From positions 1 through 34,929 of the IMG/VR virus record IMGVR_UViG_3300022307_000008: a stretch of 34,929 bases of DNA; one strand, given 5' to 3'. This DNA is from a virus. Taxonomy: Duplodnaviria > Caudoviricetes. Shown piece by piece: positions 15,868-24,302 of this stretch (position 1 is the stretch's first letter; every line of letters starts with the position of its first letter). The notes under the pieces were generated by a model, which was not told the DNA's origin, did no database searches, and saw only the letters and a list, made by a program, of their open reading frames with translations. A program made the position numbers and the translations under genes.

Positions 15868-17001
15868 ATGGCTGATAATGAATTAAGACGTTTAAATTTT
15901 AAGGAAGCTAACGCAGTTAATGTTTTGAGTCTTTCAGGTGATGAAATACCAACGCTCGTTCCTCAATCCAAAATGAACGAATGGTTAAAAGACGATAGCG
16001 ATCCTTATTATAAGATTCAAATGATTGAATACCCGATTAAAGCAAATGGTTTGATTTACGAAGAATCGTTCTTCGAGTCGTTTGTTAATAAGTTGACCGA
16101 CCACCCATACCCTGGGAGTAAAAACGGCCATTCGATATTCTGGGGCGAGCGCCAGAAAACTGATTTTTTATTAGTTGGTGGTAAGCTCGAAAAAAACGGA
16201 GATGGAACCGGTAAAGTATATTTTAAGAATTATATACCACCAACTGGAGAGTCTGGAAGTAATGAAACATTTATTAAAGAAAATAAATCAAATATGGTTC
16301 ATTATAGCTTGGTAACTTATCCTCGCGAAACTGTCGAAGAAAACGCAGACGGTCAGAGAATCATAAGAGTTGTTGAATCAATAGCCGGTGAAAGAAATGA
16401 TGCTGTTGATTTTGGAACTGGTGCCATGAAACAAGTAACTAATAAAGCCGGCCTCGTTGAGGACGTTAAAGCAGAAAATAACAAAGGAGAGGAAATGGAT
16501 AAAGCTGAATTATTAAAACGGCTGAATAATCTAATGACTAATGGAGAAATATCACTCTCCGAAGTGATGAACGCCATTGGTCAGAAAGATAAACTCGTGA
16601 ATAAAAACCACGAGGAAGCCATTATCTTGATGAATAGCCTGAAAGAGGCTGGAATTGAAGACCCTGTGAAAGAAATTAACGCATTAAAAGACAAGATTGA
16701 TGAAAATAGCAAGCTTGTGAAAAATGCGAAAATCTCTGAAACTTTCGGACCTTCAAAAGTCGAAAATGGAAAGGAATCAAACGTTGTTTATAAATACGCA
16801 TGTGATAAACTCGAAAACGTTGATTCTGAGAATATCGAAAAGGAAATTAACAGTTTAAAGGAAGATCCTATCATGATTGCTTTGCAGTCTCAAGCGGCTG
16901 ACCCTTCAAGCGATGTTAATTATGTGGGCGTTGTGGATGAAGAAAAGAAATCCAACGCATCGAACGAACAATCCGGCGGACGTCGGACTGTTACGCTTTA
17001 A
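15868..17001 (+). CDS. prohead protease / scaffolding protein
   Basis: Globular N-half (GH, YS.V motifs) plus charged helical C-half; internal GGAGAGG-ATG near 16495; position before capsid genes. Confidence 0.6.
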   Translation: MADNELRRLNFKEANAVNVLSLSGDEIPTLVPQSKMNEWLKDDSDPYYKIQMIEYPIKANGLIYEESFFESFVNKLTDHPYPGSKNGHSIFWGERQKTDFLLVGGKLEKNGDGTGKVYFKNYIPPTGESGSNETFIKENKSNMVHYSLVTYPRETVEENADGQRIIRVVESIAGERNDAVDFGTGAMKQVTNKAGLVEDVKAENNKGEEMDKAELLKRLNNLMTNGEISLSEVMNAIGQKDKLVNKNHEEAIILMNSLKEAGIEDPVKEINALKDKIDENSKLVKNAKISETFGPSKVENGKESNVVYKYACDKLENVDSENIEKEINSLKEDPIMIALQSQAADPSSDVNYVGVVDEEKKSNASNEQSGGRRTVTL

Positions 17002-17014
17002 GGGGGTGTGATAT

Positions 17015-17422
17015 ATGGCTTTACCTGGAAGCGAAAACACAATAGATGATAAAATGGTTTACGTCATCAAAGAAGTTGTTAACCATATCATGGGATATAA
17101 TGACACCGGGGCTGATTTAAGCCAAGGTGACTTTGCAGTTGTTGGTCCTTACGCGGCTATTGCTGACGAAGATATCACAAACGGTTCACAGGGTTCTTTT
17201 CAAGTACAGGAAGGAATTCAAGTACAGGCTGACGATCTTGTAACCGGTGAATTAACATTCGGAACATGGGGTCAGGCTGTTTATTGGAGCGCTGTTGACA
17301 CTGCATTTTCTGACACTGAAACCGCTGGTTATTACCTGGTTGGTTATTTAACGAAAGTTAAAGATTCCAATGGCATGATTGAATTCGAAAAGCTCCGATA
17401 TGCTGAGCTTGTAACAAGCTAA
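17015..17422 (+). CDS. head decoration protein (DUF2190-like)
   Basis: 135 aa, acidic beta-rich, GQAVYW motif; between scaffold and capsid. Confidence 0.6.
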   Translation: MALPGSENTIDDKMVYVIKEVVNHIMGYNDTGADLSQGDFAVVGPYAAIADEDITNGSQGSFQVQEGIQVQADDLVTGELTFGTWGQAVYWSAVDTAFSDTETAGYYLVGYLTKVKDSNGMIEFEKLRYAELVTS

Positions 17423-17438
17423 GAAAGGAGTTTGATTG

Positions 17439-18677
17439 ATGAATGATTTAATGTTAACAAAAGAAAAAATGCTTGAAAAGCGTAAAAATACCACTATTCG
17501 ATCAGGTTCTTATTATGATAATCTGAAATCAAATAATTTCGGTGATGTTGTAAAGCTTCAGAACGGAATGGATCTGGATGTTGGTATCGTTATTTCTGGC
17601 GATCCTTGGGTTGGATCTAAAGCTTATAATCAACTTTGGACAGAAATTGAAGATTTACGCCTTCGAGTGAAAAATCAGCTTGATAGACGCACAAATATTT
17701 CTGTTTTCCCTGAAGATTATTACACCTTAATTGATAAGCTTCGAATTGATATTACTCGCAGACGTGCAGAGGAAATGGATTATACCAGCGAATTCACACA
17801 AGAAATCGTTAATCCTGGTTTTTCAAAGAGTATTTCTCTTGATGAATTCCTTCCTTTCACTGGTGCTTTCCGAGAAATAACTGGAGCTAATAATACAGTT
17901 CCTATGATTCAACAGAAAACTGGTGTTACTGGTTCAGTTATCCAGAAGCTTTATGCCCTGGGTCATGCGCGAACTTTGGAAGATGAGCTTTATAATACTG
18001 ATATTTATGGTATGGAAAAAGTTCAACGTGCTGTTACTCGTGCTCATACTGGATTAAGAAATAATTTAACACTCGGTGTATTGATAGCAAAGACAGCCGC
18101 AGCAGGATTCGCAGCATCACAACAGCAAGCAGCAGACGCTACAGCTGGAGCAACAAAAGAAGAATTGATGTATAATACCATCAATGGCGCTATTGAAACA
18201 TTAACAAAATTACTTGATCCTCAGACAAATCAAGAAATTGATGTGCCTCGAATGGTTATTGCTTGTCGCCCTGGAGACGTTCGCAGAATTAACCGAGCTA
18301 TTAACGGTCAACTGAATGTCGGTGGCAAAGGTAAACCTTCTAACTTTGCAGCTCTTACCGAAATTTCAGAGATCTGGCCTTATCGTGGTGATACTCTGTA
18401 TGTAGGAAAAGAAACCATTAGTTATGCAGGTATTGCAAGTAACAAAGCTTATTTGTTTGTTCCTGGATCTGCCGGGGCTCCTGCTTGGACACTCACAAAA
18501 CGCGGACTTACTCAAGAAGTAGGACGCGGATCTGTATTGCAGTTATCACGTGAGGAAAGAGCCTGGTATTTTGGCCAGACTTCATATATTGAGGAATTCC
18601 TTGGATCATCTTCATCAACTCTCGGACTTGGTGCCGGGTATGGTTGGGTTGTTGAAATTACGCTGCCAGCAGCATAA
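17439..18677 (+). CDS. major capsid protein
   Basis: ~412 aa, synteny, strong RBS, followed by a terminator. Confidence 0.75.
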   Translation: MNDLMLTKEKMLEKRKNTTIRSGSYYDNLKSNNFGDVVKLQNGMDLDVGIVISGDPWVGSKAYNQLWTEIEDLRLRVKNQLDRRTNISVFPEDYYTLIDKLRIDITRRRAEEMDYTSEFTQEIVNPGFSKSISLDEFLPFTGAFREITGANNTVPMIQQKTGVTGSVIQKLYALGHARTLEDELYNTDIYGMEKVQRAVTRAHTGLRNNLTLGVLIAKTAAAGFAASQQQAADATAGATKEELMYNTINGAIETLTKLLDPQTNQEIDVPRMVIACRPGDVRRINRAINGQLNVGGKGKPSNFAALTEISEIWPYRGDTLYVGKETISYAGIASNKAYLFVPGSAGAPAWTLTKRGLTQEVGRGSVLQLSREERAWYFGQTSYIEEFLGSSSSTLGLGAGYGWVVEITLPAA

Positions 18678-18708
18678 TTTTTCATATGGCCTCCTTTCAT
18701 ATGGTTTT

Positions 18709-18732
18709 AGCCCCCGCAAGGGGGCTTTTTTT
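18709..18732 (+). terminator. intrinsic terminator after capsid gene
   Basis: agccccc-gcaa-gggggct followed by a T tract. Confidence 0.85.
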
Positions 18733-18985
18733 ATTTGGTTAGTCGTAAATATTTATCATTATCCATAATGTATTTTATCAAGCTTGCTTTATTAGGAAAG
18801 CAGTATTTACAATAAGCATCGAAAGATACTCTATAATAATTTTCTGACGTTATTATCTTGAACATAGGTTCTGTTATATAATGATCACCACATTTTTCAC
18901 ATATAGATACACGAACCAAAGGAAAGTGACGCTTTATAATAGATTTTACTTTTTTATATCTTGCGTATTCTTTTACTACTTTCAT
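18731..18985 (-). CDS. zinc-finger-like hypothetical protein (moron)
   Basis: CEKC...CKYC. Confidence 0.6.
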   Translation of the reverse strand: MKVVKEYARYKKVKSIIKRHFPLVRVSICEKCGDHYITEPMFKIITSENYYRVSFDAYCKYCFPNKASLIKYIMDNDKYLRLTK

Positions 18986-19233
18986 AGCTCAACTCCATAA
19001 TGCTTAATAGATATAATCTTTAAGCTTTCCATATAAAGTTCAACATCCATGTGATTTGTTGAACGTCCTGTGATCATGCCTTTATTTTTATCTATTGAAT
19101 AATTCATAAAAGACATAGTTTCAACGATTTCAACGCCATTAACCATGTGTGAAAAAGTAATATCATGTTGTCTTACTGTTAAGGTCTGGCATCCGATCAT
19201 AGTTATCAGTAATAAAATAATTATGTATTTCAT
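18982..19233 (-). CDS. putative lipoprotein (moron)
   Basis: MKYIIILLLITMIGC signal peptide ending in a lipobox-like Cys; AAGGAGATTGA RBS. Confidence 0.6.
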   Translation of the reverse strand: MKYIIILLLITMIGCQTLTVRQHDITFSHMVNGVEIVETMSFMNYSIDKNKGMITGRSTNHMDVELYMESLKIISIKHYGVEL

Positions 19234-19244
19234 TTCAATCTCCT

Positions 19245-19457
19245 TTAATATTTAATATTCAAAGCTTTAAGAGCGAACATGCAGCTTACAACCTGTAGTG
19301 AGTTTGTGCGTTTTACTCTCTCGTTGTTCATTGCTGTTATAATATCTCTGATTTCATTATCGTTTGACTGGCTTAAAACCCAGATCCAAGACTTAATATT
19401 TGTAAATAAATACTTGTTGTTGTCGATGTATTCGCCAAAAAAATCTTTATTATTCAT
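19245..19457 (-). CDS. hypothetical protein (moron)
   Basis: AAGGAGATTGAAT-ATG start at 19457, downstream of its own promoter. Confidence 0.6.
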   Translation of the reverse strand: MNNKDFFGEYIDNNKYLFTNIKSWIWVLSQSNDNEIRDIITAMNNERVKRTNSLQVVSCMFALKALNIKY

Positions 19458-19480
19458 ATTCAATCTCCTTATCTATTATA

Positions 19481-19509
19481 AATATACAACATGTTTCCTA
19501 ATAAGTCAA
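19481..19509 (-). promoter_or_regulatory. sigma70-type promoter of the moron cassette
   Basis: TTGACT-17 nt-TATATT on the minus strand. Confidence 0.7.
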
Positions 19510-19528
19510 GCACTTTCTCTAAATATAT

Positions 19529-19557
19529 TTGACTTTTTTCAATATTTTGTATATAAT
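19529..19557 (+). promoter_or_regulatory. sigma70-type promoter for neck/tail operon, probably leaderless
   Basis: TTGACT-17 nt-TATAAT, 5 nt before ATG 19563, no SD. Confidence 0.7.
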
Positions 19558-19562
19558 TAGCT

Positions 19563-20054
19563 ATGACAGACTGGGAAAAGATAAAAGATGTAAGACTTAA
19601 GATTGATGATCCTCAAGGATATATTAACCTGGAAACCGTAGCGACTCCTGCCGCGCTTCCTTCCGCACCGGCGAAGCAAACAGCCTATAGAGTAGAATCA
19701 ACCGGCGGATATTTTGAAACAACCAAAACAAGTGGCGCTACTTCTGCCGATTACACCTATGTTGAGATTCAGATATCTGATGCTCAACTATTGGCCATTA
19801 TTGACGATTTGGGATATCAAAAAGCAACTTGTAGAGCTTTAAACAGAATTGCGGCTAAACTTGGCGCACAGCTTGGAATCGTAAGGACTCAAGACGGAGC
19901 CGAAAGCACACAATATTTATCGCTACTTGATGCTTACAAGTATTATAAAATGCTTGCTGCCGATTGTAAAGAGGCTATCAACGAGGATTCCGGGAATAAT
20001 TCAGGTCGAGCAGGTCTATCCAGTCAACCTGAAATTGGTGGAGGTAATCTTTGA
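19563..20054 (+). CDS. head-tail adaptor / connector protein
   Basis: VRLKIDD...ISDAQL...A...IAAK helical pattern; first gene of the neck module. Confidence 0.55.
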   Translation: MTDWEKIKDVRLKIDDPQGYINLETVATPAALPSAPAKQTAYRVESTGGYFETTKTSGATSADYTYVEIQISDAQLLAIIDDLGYQKATCRALNRIAAKLGAQLGIVRTQDGAESTQYLSLLDAYKYYKMLAADCKEAINEDSGNNSGRAGLSSQPEIGGGNL

Positions 20055-20350
20055 TAACTCAAAAAACAATAACCTATGGAGCTTGGACAGTCTTGACCAC
20101 GGCTGGCCAAGATTGTTCTTGCTGGCTGGATGAAGATAATGATGGGGCTGGTGGGTCAGTAGACGTTCGGATTGTTCATTCAGACTCAGGAGAACCAGCA
20201 TTAAGCGAAGCGACAAAAGGAAAACGCGTCTGGAAACCGTCTGGAAATACTGACATCCTGGAATTTTCCGCTGATAATGTAAACGATATTTTATATGCCA
20301 CTTGTATTGACTCGGGGGCGACAGCTATTCTGTCGGTCGATGCTGTATGA
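20051..20350 (+). CDS. putative virion structural protein
   Basis: 99 aa, beta-rich, coupled within the neck module. Confidence 0.45.
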   Translation: MITQKTITYGAWTVLTTAGQDCSCWLDEDNDGAGGSVDVRIVHSDSGEPALSEATKGKRVWKPSGNTDILEFSADNVNDILYATCIDSGATAILSVDAV

Positions 20351-21429
20351 TTGGTAATTTAGCCTATGGAGTAATAAAAGGAATATCTCAAGCGATTGAA
20401 GTTATACGCGGGACTTCTCCAGGAGGAAACACTGTAAACACCTTGATTCTTGATGCAAACGCAAGCTCAGTGAATGGAACCTATGATCCAGCGATTGTGA
20501 TTATTTACGAAGGAACCGGAAAAGGACAGGCTCGTCAAGTATGGGATTATGTCGGTGCTTCAAAAACTTGTATTTTAAACCGTGACTGGAAATTTATTCC
20601 AGATGAAACATCTAAATATAAAATCTTGTTTCAGCCTGGCGATACTCATGTAAATGAAGGAATGGCTCAGGGTGGCGGAGCCAATACAATAACCTTGAAT
20701 TCACTTGCAAATGATCAAAATAATATGTATTTAGGACAGATTGTTTTTATCACTTCTGGAACAGGCCAAGATCAAGCGCGAATGGTTGTTGGTTATAATG
20801 GAACCACTAAAGTGGCTACTGTCGATTCAAACTGGGTTGTACAACCTGATTCCACGAGTGTTTACGCGATTTATCCATTTCCAGGGTTTGTTCATGGTAG
20901 GCCGAATCAGAATTCTTCTGAAAACGTTTTAATGCGTGATGTTGTTGGAAATAAAACTGATTTGGTACAGGTTCCTTATACTTCAGGAATTCAGTCAATA
21001 ATGGCTCATTTGAATACAGCTTATTATCATGCTCATGGTGCATCGTTTGTATATCCAGACATAGCCAATGCTGTGGTTTTAACAGCTGGCGCTGGTGCGT
21101 GGAATCAAACAGGAGCAATAACTGAAATAATTCCAGCAAATGGAATCACTAAAGCATTTGATATTCACTGGGCATTTATTACTGCCATCTCAGAAAATGC
21201 TGAAATACAAGTCAATCTATACTCTGGTGCTATTGGTGAAGAGGTTTTAATCGGGCCAGTCCCGGCAGAACGAACAGCGGTTCAGTCTCAAGCTGGAAGT
21301 ATTAGGGAGCAAATACCGCAACAGCCAGCCAATACAAGAATTTCGGCCAGATTATATTCAAGCGTTGCCGGAGCGACAACAGCTAAAATTAAACTAATGG
21401 GCCATGTTTACTCGGGGTCATTAACATGA
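20347..21429 (+). CDS. virion appendage/fibre-like protein with a tandem ~80-aa repeat
   Basis: Two copies of NT..L...A......Y...IV.I..GTG..QAR.V..Y.G..K.......W...PD.TS.Y.I...PG. Confidence 0.55.
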   Translation: MIGNLAYGVIKGISQAIEVIRGTSPGGNTVNTLILDANASSVNGTYDPAIVIIYEGTGKGQARQVWDYVGASKTCILNRDWKFIPDETSKYKILFQPGDTHVNEGMAQGGGANTITLNSLANDQNNMYLGQIVFITSGTGQDQARMVVGYNGTTKVATVDSNWVVQPDSTSVYAIYPFPGFVHGRPNQNSSENVLMRDVVGNKTDLVQVPYTSGIQSIMAHLNTAYYHAHGASFVYPDIANAVVLTAGAGAWNQTGAITEIIPANGITKAFDIHWAFITAISENAEIQVNLYSGAIGEEVLIGPVPAERTAVQSQAGSIREQIPQQPANTRISARLYSSVAGATTAKIKLMGHVYSGSLT

Positions 21430-21827
21430 ACAACGCATCATATTTAAAACAGGCAAGAAAAGGGATAAAAAAACACGTAGAGGAAAACCCGACAGAAATA
21501 ATAATTTATCGAAAACCATTGGTTGAAGATGGATTTGGCGGATATGTTGAAAGCCCAACGGCAGATCCTGATGATTTTACTATTACTTGCAGGATATCGC
21601 ATGAGCAGCAAGGTCCTGTAAATAATGAGCCGGTTCCAGCTGGATTATCAACTAATTTGACCAGGTTTATTATCGTTGATTATAAAACAACGATCTATGA
21701 AAATGATACTTTCGAAGCAATAGATAAAAATTGGATGATTGGGCCAGTAGATCCATTGATTAAATTCGGTGGTATAATAGGCTATCAAGCACCATTAAGG
21801 GAGGCTGAAACAATTGGAACTACCTGA
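21426..21827 (+). CDS. head closure (stopper) protein
   Basis: 133 aa, DGFGG motif, synteny. Confidence 0.55.
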   Translation: MNNASYLKQARKGIKKHVEENPTEIIIYRKPLVEDGFGGYVESPTADPDDFTITCRISHEQQGPVNNEPVPAGLSTNLTRFIIVDYKTTIYENDTFEAIDKNWMIGPVDPLIKFGGIIGYQAPLREAETIGTT

Positions 21828-22008
21828 AAGCGGAGCTGATGAAATTAAAAAAATACCGGAAACAAATGAAAGGTATATTAAAAACCCAAGATATGGTCAA
21901 GAGTTTTTAACTCAATTTGAAGCCATAGACATGATCAATATTTTATCTGGAATGTTAATGGCTGACTTTAGATATAGGGGCGATTTTGTTGGACGTAGGA
22001 CTGGTTAA
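21814..22008 (+). CDS. hypothetical protein
   Basis: 64-aa overlapping ORF with GGGAGG RBS. Confidence 0.45.
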   Translation: MELPESGADEIKKIPETNERYIKNPRYGQEFLTQFEAIDMINILSGMLMADFRYRGDFVGRRTG

Positions 22009-22336
22009 AGCAAATATAAAAAATATTTATGAAAGACGCAAGGCTGCTATATATGCGTTATCTTTATATTATGCAGGGCTGGCTATAAATTATTTTAGGC
22101 AGCAACAAAACAATGGGGCATACTGGACGAACCAGACAAACCAGGCAAAAGATCTAATGTTCACTGATGCTTTTATAGAAGGTGATATAATAGGCTGGTT
22201 TATGTCACATGGTGTTGAATACGGCCCATATTTAGAATTGGCTAACAATGGACAGAATGAAGCAATAAGGCCAGTTATACAAAGATTCGCTGGACGTTTT
22301 TTGCAAGATGTAAAGGAGTTATACAGTGATTTATAA
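21986..22336 (+). CDS. neck / tail completion protein (HK97 gp10-like)
   Basis: W.NQT..A, HGVEYGPYLE.A......IRP motif. Confidence 0.7.
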   Translation: MLDVGLVKANIKNIYERRKAAIYALSLYYAGLAINYFRQQQNNGAYWTNQTNQAKDLMFTDAFIEGDIIGWFMSHGVEYGPYLELANNGQNEAIRPVIQRFAGRFLQDVKELYSDL

Positions 22337-22682
22337 AATTGTGGCACAGCTTAAAACAGGAACTATCAAGAATGTAATTCCTTATGGAACAGCAACCGGA
22401 AACAATACGCCTTATATAGTAGTCAAGCCAGAGCGTGACGCAGTTAATCGTGGGACAGTTTACAGAATAATTGTTCACATGAACCCAGGACAACAGATAT
22501 TTTTAGAAGATTATGTTAAGAAAGATGTATCAGACTTGCTTGATGGTTTCGGAAGTTTAACAAGACACGGAAATTATAACAAGCTTGAGACATTAGACGA
22601 ATATAATGATATAATAGTAAGTAATGACGACGGTACAATTTCGATGGAGCGTAGCTTCCTATTACCGTCTAAACTCTTTTAG
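22326..22682 (+). CDS. tail terminator protein
   Basis: PYIVV motif, 118 aa, directly before the major tail protein. Confidence 0.6.
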   Translation: MIYKIVAQLKTGTIKNVIPYGTATGNNTPYIVVKPERDAVNRGTVYRIIVHMNPGQQIFLEDYVKKDVSDLLDGFGSLTRHGNYNKLETLDEYNDIIVSNDDGTISMERSFLLPSKLF

Positions 22683-22693
22683 GAGGATAGGAA

Positions 22694-23626
22694 ATGTTAA
22701 AAACAAGTGCCAAATACGATTTTGGCTTACCGTTCGCCAGATTTATGGCCTTAAACGATGATCTAACCATCCCGGCTAATGACATGCTCGTTGGTGGTGC
22801 TGGCCCGTTTGATTTCAGTGGTGTATCAAATATATCAGCTGTACCATTAAAGGTTAAGCTTGATAACGCTGCCGTTCAATCTTTGACCGTCGATTTATCT
22901 GGAGCCGTTTCACAATCTGCTGTCACTGGAGCCGAATTGGTCAGCGCTCTTGATACAGCGTTCACTGCTGCGGTACTTGAGCTTGACGCTTCAGTTGATG
23001 TGGCAAATGATAACCGCGTAACCGTGGCCACTACAAACACGGCTTCACCGCCAACATGGATCCAGTTTTATGATGAATGCGCAGAGATTGCAAGATTTGG
23101 TCAGGGCTTCGGGTTAAAATTCATTAAGACTGATACTCTTATCAGTATTACAAAAACACCGATTCTTAAAGATGAAGAAACTTTCACAACTACTGACGCC
23201 GAAGGTATCGACACTGAGATTATCAGCGATGGTTATCGAAAAGGATTTACGGCAACTATCACGGATACAGCGCAGGATTGGGAATTGATGTCTTTGATTG
23301 AGGGTGGAGCCTACGACGAAACAGCAGGAACCTACGAAGTGCCAACCAGCGAAGATAACAAGATTTATTTCTTCATCGAGGCATATTATCCTTATTATTC
23401 CCAGGGAACCAACAAAGAAGCAGACCTGGTAGGATACGTGAAAGAATTATATAGATCTTGTAAAGGAACAGTTGGTGATAGAACAAATGAAAGAGCCTGG
23501 ATGAATGGTAATTATACCGTTACAGGAACTTCATACAAAGATGAGAATGGAGACTTAAACGGTGATACTCAGTTGACAGAACTGTCAAAAACTCAGTATG
23601 CAGCTTTAAATTTAGACGACGTATAA
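22694..23626 (+). CDS. major tail (tube) protein
   Basis: 310 aa, acidic and Thr-rich, AGGAGG RBS, synteny. Confidence 0.7.
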   Translation: MLKTSAKYDFGLPFARFMALNDDLTIPANDMLVGGAGPFDFSGVSNISAVPLKVKLDNAAVQSLTVDLSGAVSQSAVTGAELVSALDTAFTAAVLELDASVDVANDNRVTVATTNTASPPTWIQFYDECAEIARFGQGFGLKFIKTDTLISITKTPILKDEETFTTTDAEGIDTEIISDGYRKGFTATITDTAQDWELMSLIEGGAYDETAGTYEVPTSEDNKIYFFIEAYYPYYSQGTNKEADLVGYVKELYRSCKGTVGDRTNERAWMNGNYTVTGTSYKDENGDLNGDTQLTELSKTQYAALNLDDV

Positions 23627-23642
23627 AATAAAAGGGGGAATT

Positions 23643-24302
23643 GTGGACATTGAAAAGACATTGAACAGGATCGAGAAAGCTCAATTCCCCATTATTGTGG
23701 TTCCGTTTCACGGAGACCCTGTAGAAGTAATGGTCAGGAAATTAACACAAGCCCAAACGCTTGCTTGTGGAAATATATCATTGATTGAAACGTTTCATGA
23801 TAAAGTTTTAAAAAAATCTATGGCTGAAAAATTGCGGCTTGGTGATATTTGTAGTTATGCAGAGCGAAACACGGAAATTTTAAAAAAGGCTCTTGTTAAA
23901 CCAACATATGACCAAGTCCTTAATATGGTTGCTGACGGAAAAACACTTGAAATAAAAAAACAGCTTGAAGAAACCAGGGAAAAATTAAATGATTTAAAGC
24001 CAGGGCCAAAAAAATCAGCGTTGCTTGCAGAGATCGACGCGCTTAAAATATGGTGTGAATTTATACTACCAGAAGATTTTATGGCCGCAATCGTTAGTTT
24101 TTCGCTCGGTATTGATGAATCAGACATAAAAGAATTATCAGAAAGTATGTTGCTTGAGGCTGCTATATTGGCAGAGCGTGGACATAATAATCCTTCTGAC
24201 CATATTCACGGAATTTTCACTGATTTTATGAAGGACGATATAAATAAAAGAGCATGGATTTTGTTGACCGAAGAAAGGGAAAAGAACAAGAATGGCCGTT
24301 AA
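23643..24302 (+). CDS. tail assembly chaperone
   Basis: Helical protein between tail tube and tape measure genes. Confidence 0.6.
   Translation: MDIEKTLNRIEKAQFPIIVVPFHGDPVEVMVRKLTQAQTLACGNISLIETFHDKVLKKSMAEKLRLGDICSYAERNTEILKKALVKPTYDQVLNMVADGKTLEIKKQLEETREKLNDLKPGPKKSALLAEIDALKIWCEFILPEDFMAAIVSFSLGIDESDIKELSESMLLEAAILAERGHNNPSDHIHGIFTDFMKDDINKRAWILLTEEREKNKNGR

Noticed and set aside
18683-18703. CATATG..CATATG hairpin after the capsid stop
   Set aside because: Short palindromic stem next to a much stronger terminator; no independent support.
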